From positions 1 to 64,000 of the forward strand of contig CAYMEV010000005.1 in NCBI GenBank assembly GCA_964389675.1: a stretch of DNA of 64,000 nucleotides, written 5' to 3'. This DNA comes from an uncultured Candidatus Sumerlaeota bacterium. GTDB lineage: Bacteria > CAYMEV01. The notes beneath the pieces were generated by a model. That model had not been told where the DNA came from. It searched no databases and saw only the letters and a program-made list of their open reading frames with translations. Shown here one piece after another: positions 28,868 through 37,537 of this stretch (the first letter of the stretch is position 1; every line of letters starts with the position of its first letter). The translations under genes and the position numbers were made by a program.

Positions 28868-30535
28868 TCCAGAACTGGCCCACTTTTGATGATACTCTTT
28901 AATGAGTGAAACGAGATTTTCTCCTATTTTTTGATAGTCATCTTCATACAGATTTGCCATTGAAACTCTTACAGACCATTGCGGGCCTGCAAACCCGGAA
29001 CCAGGAAGCAGCACGGTCTGGTATCCTGATGCAAGTTCAAGAAGAAAATCAAAAACTGTAAAATTTTCAGTCAGATACTGCGTAAATTCTTTGCCATGGA
29101 GATGTTCTGACAGAATTCCGATATCAATCATCTGATAGTAGAAAGTTTTATCAGCTCCTTTTTGAAATTCGATTCCTAACGGTTTATAGAGATTTTCCAT
29201 TCGCCTGTAAAGGATGGCCTGTATCGCCTTTTTATAATTGTTCTGATCATCCATCAGGTCGTACAGGGAAAAAAGAGCCATAATGCATTGCTGTGGTGTA
29301 GAAAGGCCTCCAGTATGAGCAAGCGCTACCGATCTGCTGTCCATTAGAAGGCGTTCTATAAATGGCAGGGATCCGGGATCCGTTGAATCTATCAGATAAC
29401 GCATGTTTAAGAGCTTTTTTTGTTCCCTGCCAAGGCCAGACAGCATTTTATCAAAAATATTCTCCCTGTTAATGAAAATTACACCAAGCCTCCATCCTGT
29501 AACCCCGAAATATTTAGAAAAAGAAAAGACGCCTATGCAGTTTTCCGGGATCAGCTGAATAAGGTCATGAAATTCATCTGTAAAACGGCAATATACTGTA
29601 TCGGTAAGGATGATCAGGTTTTTTCTTTCATTTTTGACGAGAGCAGCGATCTTTTCAATACTTTCACGGCTCATGCTTACAGAGCCTGGATTCATCGGAT
29701 TTACCATAAAAAGTGCTTTAATCCCGGGATCTTTAAGCTTATTAAGCTCGCTGTCTGAGATATTCCATCCAGTTTTCTCAGAACCTTCAATATAAATTGG
29801 ATTGAGCCGGTAATCATTTAATATGGGTATTTCAAGATAAGGGGAAAAAATGGGGGTGATTATAGCAATGGCATCACCCGGGATCAGAAGAAAATTTTCT
29901 TTCAATGAATTAAAAACATAGATCATCGCCGCTGTAGCACCTTCAGTTGCAAAAAGGTCAAAGGCCTGATCATCGCCATTTATGGAATGAATCTTTTTCA
30001 GGTAAGCCAGTACTATAGCTTCAGGTGTTTCAAGTATTCTGGGAGGAGTAGGATAATGATCGCCAAGGACTGCATCGGCCATATCGGAGATAAAATCATC
30101 GGGGTCAATTCCGAGTTTATCCCGTGAGTAATCAATGCATTCCTTTAAGAAACAAGCTGTCCTGGTATCCGGATGATTTTCCAGATAATTTATAAACCTG
30201 TCAGCTAACCCTTGCTTGTTTTCAGCAGGAAATGCAAGATCACCGTTGAGCTCTGATGCGCAGGAGATATTGACGGCAAAATCCTGTAACATGCTGAAGG
30301 CAAGCCTTGGAACCGTATTTATGAAATTAGGGTTGCCTCTTCCAGCATTCAGTACAGGTTTTTCTCCCTGAGATGCTTTGTTTATAAGAAAATCCTTGAA
30401 TTCGAAGGGGCTTAATTCGGAATAGATGCTTTTGCCGGCTTTAATTACGGGTTTTGAGGAGGTACAGGATATAAAAGACAGATTTAGAAATACAATAACC
30501 AGAGCAATTAAGAAGAAAATACTGTATCTTTTCAT
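28850..30535 (-). CDS. aspD: aspartate 4-decarboxylase / aspartate transaminase (PLP) with lipoprotein-like signal
   Basis: LSPFEFKD, LNAGRGNPN, FATEGATAAM, PLP lysine motif SFSKYFGVTGWRLG, HTGGLSTPQQ. Confidence 0.88.
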   Translation of the reverse strand: MKRYSIFFLIALVIVFLNLSFISCTSSKPVIKAGKSIYSELSPFEFKDFLINKASQGEKPVLNAGRGNPNFINTVPRLAFSMLQDFAVNISCASELNGDLAFPAENKQGLADRFINYLENHPDTRTACFLKECIDYSRDKLGIDPDDFISDMADAVLGDHYPTPPRILETPEAIVLAYLKKIHSINGDDQAFDLFATEGATAAMIYVFNSLKENFLLIPGDAIAIITPIFSPYLEIPILNDYRLNPIYIEGSEKTGWNISDSELNKLKDPGIKALFMVNPMNPGSVSMSRESIEKIAALVKNERKNLIILTDTVYCRFTDEFHDLIQLIPENCIGVFSFSKYFGVTGWRLGVIFINRENIFDKMLSGLGREQKKLLNMRYLIDSTDPGSLPFIERLLMDSRSVALAHTGGLSTPQQCIMALFSLYDLMDDQNNYKKAIQAILYRRMENLYKPLGIEFQKGADKTFYYQMIDIGILSEHLHGKEFTQYLTENFTVFDFLLELASGYQTVLLPGSGFAGPQWSVRVSMANLYEDDYQKIGENLVSLIKEYHQKWASSGSEGSK

Positions 30536-30620
30536 TATTCTACCCCTGTAAAGGCATATTTTTCAAAAGAGAAAGCGCCAGTATTATAACTATACACTTA
30601 AAATTGAATGAAGTTAAGGC

Positions 30621-31646
30621 TTATTTGAACTTAATTTTTTTATTTCCTGAGATTCTGCTGAATCCGAGCAGATTTTCCTTTAGAAAACCGGATATATTGG
30701 ATTTTGGGATTTTTAGTATTGTCTTTTGATGTATAAGATCGCATCTGCTGCAGGGAGAAATATTATTTATTGTTTTATTCCTGAAATTTTCCCTCAAAGA
30801 TTTCATTTTTTCATTGTTCCATATATCAGACAGGCAAGTATCTCTAACGTTTCCCATATCAAGATCGCCAAAAAAATCCTGGGGACAAGGTACAACTGTT
30901 CCATTAAAGAATATCACCAATGCATAATAGGGAAAAGTGCAGACAGAATATGATGCCTCTGTTCCTGAACTGTCCATATCATGGCTTCCTGCCCAGTTAT
31001 GCTCTTTCTTGATAAGAATCTGGTCAAGTTCTCTGCAGTCAAGAGTCTTTGAAAAATCAATAACAGCCTGGATTTCCTCCTTTGTATAGCCAAAATCAAT
31101 AAACTCCAGAACGGTAAACGGGCTTTTTACATTAAGGTTCCTTTTAAGGGATAAAAAATTCCTGATATTATCAGTCGTTTTTTCAAAGACAGCATTGATC
31201 CTTCTGCTTTCATAGGACTCTTTGTCATAACCGTCAAAAGAAAAAGAAAGAAAATCCAGGCCTGAAACTATAATCTCCTTTGACAGCTCTTTAGTAAGAA
31301 GGGTTGCATTTGTATGTATCGATGTTTTTATTCCTGCATTCCTGGCAATCAATATCATTTCCGGGAGGCTTTTGTGAAGAAGGCTTTCACCCCTGTGATG
31401 CAGGTTTATATGAGCAACTTTTCCCTTTATCTGTCTGATTATCTCCCTGTAGAGGCCAATATCCATAAATCCCTGGTCATAGCCTTCAGGCTTCTGTGAA
31501 TTTGGACACATACTGCATGCAAGGTTACAGTGATTTGTTGCCTCTATCCACATTTTGAATGGCTGGTAGGGAAGAGATATGCTTTTCTTTATATAATGAA
31601 TATATGCTTTTCCCATAGTTTTTATCCTGCAGGCAGTGTTTTTCAT
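30621..31646 (-). CDS. radical SAM protein with SPASM/twitch domain
   Basis: CNLACSMC; C-terminal CTFP..G.VVPCPQD..MGNV..IWN..CSRC. Confidence 0.88.
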   Translation of the reverse strand: MKNTACRIKTMGKAYIHYIKKSISLPYQPFKMWIEATNHCNLACSMCPNSQKPEGYDQGFMDIGLYREIIRQIKGKVAHINLHHRGESLLHKSLPEMILIARNAGIKTSIHTNATLLTKELSKEIIVSGLDFLSFSFDGYDKESYESRRINAVFEKTTDNIRNFLSLKRNLNVKSPFTVLEFIDFGYTKEEIQAVIDFSKTLDCRELDQILIKKEHNWAGSHDMDSSGTEASYSVCTFPYYALVIFFNGTVVPCPQDFFGDLDMGNVRDTCLSDIWNNEKMKSLRENFRNKTINNISPCSRCDLIHQKTILKIPKSNISGFLKENLLGFSRISGNKKIKFK

Positions 31647-33103
31647 TTTCTTCCTAATACCCTTCCCAATTTTCTCATAATATAATTTTTGCCGAGGATA
31701 AAGACAGACCAGGCATCTTTAAGACTTCTTATGCTTCTGATTGTCTTTGGTATCCTTTTATAAAGGGGAATGCCGGCATAATCTGCCCACTCGAGGGAAA
31801 GGTCAGAAAGCTCCTTGAAGCTCATTTTATGCAAAAATATCGGAGTGCTTCCATGAGCTGCATTCAGTGAAAAACCCCTTTTTTCCAGGGGATCTCCCCA
31901 TCTGTAGTCAGCAGGCAGGATCTTCAGATCTTTTGCGACCTTTTCAATTTCTGTTCCAGGGTATATTCTCATAAAGCTAAGCGCAGGCCTGCCACCATGC
32001 TTCTTCATAAAATCGATGGTTGCTTTTGCTTCATCATATGTTTCTTCAGGAAAACCTATTATATAGGAGGGCATCTTTATTATTCCAAGTTCGTCCAGTA
32101 TCCTGCTGTTTTTTTCCAGCATATCGAAATTGAGTTTCTTGCCAAGACCGGCAGAAATTATCTTGTCCGAGATAGATTCAATACCGTAAAAAACGCTGAA
32201 ACATCCAGCTTCTTTAAGCCTGGTAAGGAGTTCTCTGTCAGCCAGATCTAACCTTAGAGAACATGTAAAATTAAAATGCAGTCTGTTTTTTTCAATAAGT
32301 TCACAAAGCCTAATAAGCCTGTCTTTATTCATATTGAAAGTGTCATCATAGAACCAGATAGCTTCCGCCTTGTATTTTTCGATCAGAAGCTTTACTTCTT
32401 TCAGGATATTCTCCGGGCTTCGAGCTCTCCATTTCCTTCCTGCAAGCCTGCTGGTAGCACAGAATGAACATGCAAAAGGGCATCCCCGGCTTGTCATAAT
32501 GTGATAGGTTTCAAGCATGCCCTTTCCCGGGACTTTAAGGCGGAATTTATACCTTTCCATGGGAAGGAGCTCCCTTGCGGGAAAAGAAATGCTGTCTATA
32601 TCTTCTATCATAGGGCGCGGATCATTATGTATCACTGACCCGCCATGCCTGTAGCTTATCCCTTCTATGGCCGATAGAGGCTGCTTATTTTTGAGGGCTT
32701 TAAAAATTTCCTTTATGGTAATCTCTGCTTCTCCTCTTACAAGTATGTCAATATCCTTCTGATTATTCATGGTATCATCTGGCGTGAGAGAAACGTGAGG
32801 GCCCCCTATAATTGTGATTATTTTTTCTGATACCTCTTTTGCCAGGGAAAGAAGCCTGAAGGATTCAAATCTGAATTCAGTGAAAGAGGTTGTTCCCACA
32901 ATATCCGGATTACTCTTTTCAATAATCCTCCTGATATCTTTATAATTGTATTTCTCCAGTGCAGAGTCTATAACAACCACCTCAGCACCTTCATCTCTCA
33001 GAGAAGCTGCAACATATAAAAGCCCCAGTGGAGGAAGCGGTTCTTTTGTGCTGAAGCACTTAGGAGGAAATATCAGCAGAAATTTCATAAACCTAAAACC
33101 CAA
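31643..33103 (-). CDS. cobalamin-binding radical SAM protein
   Basis: PPLGLLYVAA, IIGGPHVS, RGEAE, TSRGCPFACSFC; start may be the second ATG (MKFLL). Confidence 0.9.
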   Translation of the reverse strand: MGFRFMKFLLIFPPKCFSTKEPLPPLGLLYVAASLRDEGAEVVVIDSALEKYNYKDIRRIIEKSNPDIVGTTSFTEFRFESFRLLSLAKEVSEKIITIIGGPHVSLTPDDTMNNQKDIDILVRGEAEITIKEIFKALKNKQPLSAIEGISYRHGGSVIHNDPRPMIEDIDSISFPARELLPMERYKFRLKVPGKGMLETYHIMTSRGCPFACSFCATSRLAGRKWRARSPENILKEVKLLIEKYKAEAIWFYDDTFNMNKDRLIRLCELIEKNRLHFNFTCSLRLDLADRELLTRLKEAGCFSVFYGIESISDKIISAGLGKKLNFDMLEKNSRILDELGIIKMPSYIIGFPEETYDEAKATIDFMKKHGGRPALSFMRIYPGTEIEKVAKDLKILPADYRWGDPLEKRGFSLNAAHGSTPIFLHKMSFKELSDLSLEWADYAGIPLYKRIPKTIRSIRSLKDAWSVFILGKNYIMRKLGRVLGRK

Positions 33104-33152
33104 ATAGAAATTTTATACAAGATAAATTGAAGAATAATAATTAGCAAATAAA

Positions 33153-33209
33153 AAAAGCTATTATTTATAGACCATAATCCTTTTTTTTATAAACTATATA
33201 ATAGCTTTT
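33153..33209. promoter_or_regulatory. 12-bp perfect inverted repeat in a divergent promoter region
   Basis: AAAAGCTATTAT (33153-33164) / ATAATAGCTTTT (33198-33209). Confidence 0.4.
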
Positions 33210-33225
33210 ATAAAAAGGGGATACT

Positions 33226-36200
33226 GTGGAAAACAGGTTTTTAGCCAACCGTTACCGGATTTTGGAGCTAATATCAGAGGGTGGGATGGGGAAGGTATTT
33301 AAAGCCCAGGATACTCTGCTGGAAAATCAGATAATTGCAGTTAAAACAATTAAAGACCCTGCAAGAAAGAAAGACCTGGAAAAAGCACTGCTGGATGAAT
33401 TTTATACATTGTACAGCCTTTCCCATCCTAATTTGCTTAAGGTATTTGATATTGGAAAGGACATTGACAGGGAAGAAGTATTCCTGGTAACCGAGCTTGT
33501 TGAAGGCTTACCCCTGGATGAATGGATTCAAGGAAGGGATTTCAGCAGCCTTGCAGATGTGGTATACAACAGCTTGAACGGCCTTGCTTATCTTCACAGG
33601 AATAACATAATACATGGAGACCTTAAGCCTGCACACTTTATAATTAAAAGCGGGGACCCAAACACATTAAAGATCATTGATTTTGGGCTGGTAAAGAAAA
33701 TTGAGACAGATAAAACGACAAAGATTGAAGGCAGTATAAGATATATAGCTCCTGAAATATTCCAGGGCAGGGGGTATTCAAAAAAATCTGATGTATATGC
33801 ATTGGGTGTTACATTATTCAGTTCATTATACGGAAGATATCCTTACAATGCCAAGACACTCAGCAAATACCTTGATATTGTCGCAAACTCAACCCCCGTT
33901 TTTGATAGACCCATTTTTGAAATACCTGAAGACTTTATATATATCATTAAAAAAGCAATACATCCAAACCTTTCAGTACGTTACTCAGATGCAGATTCAA
34001 TGTTATCAGAGGTATGTGAATTATTCAGCAGGAGTTACCAGCCCGGATTTTCAAATCCTGCGGTATTTTCACCTTTTGTGGACAGGGAAAGCGAGTTCTA
34101 TCTGTTATGCGGAAGCATTAAAAATCTGCTTAAGAATAAGAATACTGTTCCTTTTGTAAATATATATGGAAATGAGGGGACAGGCAAGCGCAGGCTGCTA
34201 AGGCAGCTTAAGGTCTATGCCAAGTATAAGGGCATAGAATTTTTCAGCGCAAGGTATATTCCAGCCTTAAAAAGCAGTCTTTCCGTTGTAAGAATGCTCA
34301 TCCCCTATATAATCATATATGCTAAGAATATTGGAATAGATATTTCTGATCTCAAAAAATTGCTCAATATTTACGGCAGTAACACGAAATACATGAATGA
34401 ATCCGGGGATGAACAGCCAATATTAGAGGCAGAAAACGATATACTCTTTTCTTCTGTTGATCTTATCACAAGGATCCTTTCCAACAAAATTCCAATGATA
34501 ATAATCATAGAAGACTATGACAAGATTGATGAATTCTCCAGATCTTTTGTGTCAATTCTCTTAGAGGCTATTGAGAGGCTTTCTGTTCAAAACAGTGTAT
34601 ATATTATTTTGAACAGCAGTGAAAAAATAACCCTCAACAGTATTAATATGCCCTTCAAATATATTGAGATATGCAATTTTGACCTGAATAATACACAGAA
34701 GATGATATCAAATATACTGGGCAAAATACCTGTATACTCTAATTTTCTTCAAAAAATCTATCAGGCTACAGGAGGAAACCCACTTAAGATTGAAAGACTT
34801 CTTCAGTCCCTTTTTCTCAATAAAATGATACAGTATACCAATGGTATATATTCCATAAGAAATGAAGCCGGGAATTTCATTGATAGACAGCCGAGAAGCT
34901 TTAATGAGGAGTATATACAGATCATTGAAACATTTAATAAAGAGCAGAGGCTAATCCTTGGCCTCTTTGTCTTAAGCTACAAATCTATCACGGAGGAAGA
35001 TATCAATGGTATCCTTATGCTTCAAAATATGTTTGAAGAGCATATTGATTTCATATTCTTTCTTAAGCAGATAAACATCCTAAAAAACTCTGTAGAGAAT
35101 GGATACAGGGTTATCAGCATAATGGACCCCACACTCCATGAAACTGCACTTGAACAGCTGACCAGGGAAGAAAAGACATTGATACACGGCTATTTATACG
35201 CCTACTATTCCAGATTCTATAAAAATGACTACTGCCTCCTGAGTTTTCATCTGTATTACAGCAACGGGGATAAAATGCTTCTGGCCTCCTGCATAAAAAA
35301 GGCAATAGAGCAAATATCAAGGGAAAATGCATCATCAGACACTCTCCTGTTTTTCATTAATATAGCAATTGAAATACAGGATAAAATAAATGACAGGGCA
35401 TATATCAACAGCCTGCTTCAGAAAAAAATCAATACCCTGTATTTTTTAAATGAGAAAGATGAGATAGAAAAGATAAGAAAAACGTACCTGAATGATGAAA
35501 TTGCTGTGAAGAACCCTCTTACATATGTCAGTGTCCTAAACTCTCTCCTTGATATCTATAATATTGATTATAATAATTCCATGATTGAAGAACTGATAAA
35601 ATATGCTGACAACATCGTATCCGAGGACAGGGATGTAACCCGTTTGCTTCATAAAATTAACTGGAACAGGGTATTCTTTTATCTAAACCAGAACAAGCAT
35701 GAAGAAGCCCTGAAACTATGTACTCTAATATTTGAAGATATTAAAGATTCAGGCGACAATCACCTTTTGTCTAATTATTACGGGATGATAGGGGAGCTTT
35801 ATAATAATATGAGGGATTATAAACAAAGCCAGTATTATAAGGAGCTAGCACTAAATCACGCTTATAAAACAGGGATAATCAACCAGATCGCAATATCTGA
35901 ACATAATATTGCTATCGGTTACCTTAATCTTAATAATTATGATGAGGCGATCAGGTACCTTGAACTTGCATATAAAAAATTTAATAAACTCAGGAATTAC
36001 AGGCTTATAGGATTCACCCTTAATAATTTGAGCGAGGTGATAATATCTTATAAGAACGACAGGCATCTTGCACTTTCATATGCAGTGAATGCATTTGAGA
36101 TAAATAAGATAGTCGGGGGCATTAACCTGATCAATAATTATAAGATACTTGGAATAACCTATAAAATGCTGTTAAAATATGATGTTGCCCTTAATTATCT

Positions 36201-36867
36201 GCAGGATGGAATATCTCTTGCCAGGAGCAATAACAGGATGTCTTCGATGCTTGAGCTTAATATGGTCTATATTGACATCCTGCTGGACTTATCAGCCTAT
36301 AAAGAAGCATTTATCATTGTCAGAGAATCAAAAAAGATATCCGCGGAATCAGTAAATAATTATTTTATCAGGCATATAATATGCAGGGAGGGCTTGATAT
36401 ACTTCAGGCAGAACCGGCTTGAACCTTTAAAAAAGTGCATAGAACAGCTGAAAACCTATGAAAGAACTGAGGAAGCATTCCTGTTTTTATACTATTTTTA
36501 CCGTATAAACAGTGAAAAGGATTTTTTAGGCTCTTATGATTATATAAGGAAAACCTCAAATAATTCTGGTTTATTAGATGATCTATATATTTTTTACAAA
36601 TCAGATTTATATTATAATTTATTCTACAATAATCTGAAAAGATTGAAAACAGGCATAATCAGGTTTTTTGAATTTCTTCAGAATGAGTATATCGGGAACT
36701 GGCAAGACTATTGCATTCTGGCTGATTTTTCCAGATATGTTGATCAGACAGGCCTGCCTGATATACAAAGGAAAGCCCTTGAATGCTTTGAGTTTGCCAG
36801 GCAGTCGATACCATCCCGATATCTCGGCAGAACTATGAAAGAAAAAGAAACGCTATGGAAGAAATGA
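33226..36867 (+). CDS. Ser/Thr protein kinase - P-loop NTPase (STAND-like) - TPR protein
   Basis: EGGMGKV, AVK, HGDLKP, DFG, APE; GNEGTGK; IIIIED; TGGNP; C-terminal TPR-like repeats. Confidence 0.88.
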   Translation: MENRFLANRYRILELISEGGMGKVFKAQDTLLENQIIAVKTIKDPARKKDLEKALLDEFYTLYSLSHPNLLKVFDIGKDIDREEVFLVTELVEGLPLDEWIQGRDFSSLADVVYNSLNGLAYLHRNNIIHGDLKPAHFIIKSGDPNTLKIIDFGLVKKIETDKTTKIEGSIRYIAPEIFQGRGYSKKSDVYALGVTLFSSLYGRYPYNAKTLSKYLDIVANSTPVFDRPIFEIPEDFIYIIKKAIHPNLSVRYSDADSMLSEVCELFSRSYQPGFSNPAVFSPFVDRESEFYLLCGSIKNLLKNKNTVPFVNIYGNEGTGKRRLLRQLKVYAKYKGIEFFSARYIPALKSSLSVVRMLIPYIIIYAKNIGIDISDLKKLLNIYGSNTKYMNESGDEQPILEAENDILFSSVDLITRILSNKIPMIIIIEDYDKIDEFSRSFVSILLEAIERLSVQNSVYIILNSSEKITLNSINMPFKYIEICNFDLNNTQKMISNILGKIPVYSNFLQKIYQATGGNPLKIERLLQSLFLNKMIQYTNGIYSIRNEAGNFIDRQPRSFNEEYIQIIETFNKEQRLILGLFVLSYKSITEEDINGILMLQNMFEEHIDFIFFLKQINILKNSVENGYRVISIMDPTLHETALEQLTREEKTLIHGYLYAYYSRFYKNDYCLLSFHLYYSNGDKMLLASCIKKAIEQISRENASSDTLLFFINIAIEIQDKINDRAYINSLLQKKINTLYFLNEKDEIEKIRKTYLNDEIAVKNPLTYVSVLNSLLDIYNIDYNNSMIEELIKYADNIVSEDRDVTRLLHKINWNRVFFYLNQNKHEEALKLCTLIFEDIKDSGDNHLLSNYYGMIGELYNNMRDYKQSQYYKELALNHAYKTGIINQIAISEHNIAIGYLNLNNYDEAIRYLELAYKKFNKLRNYRLIGFTLNNLSEVIISYKNDRHLALSYAVNAFEINKIVGGINLINNYKILGITYKMLLKYDVALNYLQDGISLARSNNRMSSMLELNMVYIDILLDLSAYKEAFIIVRESKKISAESVNNYFIRHIICREGLIYFRQNRLEPLKKCIEQLKTYERTEEAFLFLYYFYRINSEKDFLGSYDYIRKTSNNSGLLDDLYIFYKSDLYYNLFYNNLKRLKTGIIRFFEFLQNEYIGNWQDYCILADFSRYVDQTGLPDIQRKALECFEFARQSIPSRYLGRTMKEKETLWKK

Positions 36868-36912
36868 AGCTGGACCAGGGGTTTTAAGAACAGTTGTTAT
36901 ACGGAGGAGCAC

Positions 36913-37521
36913 ATGGGTCAGAGAATATATCTTGTAAGACATGGGGAAACAAGATTTAATAAGGAGGACAGGATGCGCGGCAGATTGGATGAGCCGCTCA
37001 GTGATACCGGGATCAGCCAGGCCAAAAGAACAGCCGATTTCTTTACCGACAGGGAAATCAGGCATATTTTTACCAGCCCTCTTCAGAGAGCATATAATAC
37101 CTCCCTTGAAATAGGCAGGAAATGCGGGCTTACTCCAGTCAGGGAAGAAGCTTTCAATGATCTGGACTTCGGCGATTGGCAGGGCATGCTGAGAAAGGAG
37201 ATAAGGATTGAATTTCCTGAACATTACCATATATATGAATATCATCCTGAAGAGTTTATATCATCAGCCGGAGACAGTCTCTGGGCACTGAGAAGAAGGT
37301 CATTCAAAAGGCTTGATGAAATAACCCGGGATATAAGTTCCGATTTTGCTATAGTGTCTCATTATGTCACATTAAGAATGCTTCTTCTTGCATGCCTTGA
37401 TCTTACACCCGGGGCATACTGGAAAATAAACCTTGATAATTGCAGTATAAGCACATTATTATATGACAGGCATAATAAATATACCATCCTCAGGATTAAC
37501 TCTGCCTGCCATCTTGACTGA
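36913..37521 (+). CDS. histidine phosphatase family protein (PGM/CobC/PspA-like)
   Basis: LVRHGET, SPLQRA, FGDWQG, IVSH; GGAGG RBS. Confidence 0.9.
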   Translation: MGQRIYLVRHGETRFNKEDRMRGRLDEPLSDTGISQAKRTADFFTDREIRHIFTSPLQRAYNTSLEIGRKCGLTPVREEAFNDLDFGDWQGMLRKEIRIEFPEHYHIYEYHPEEFISSAGDSLWALRRRSFKRLDEITRDISSDFAIVSHYVTLRMLLLACLDLTPGAYWKINLDNCSISTLLYDRHNKYTILRINSACHLD

Positions 37522-37537
37522 CTTTTAACCGGATCAT

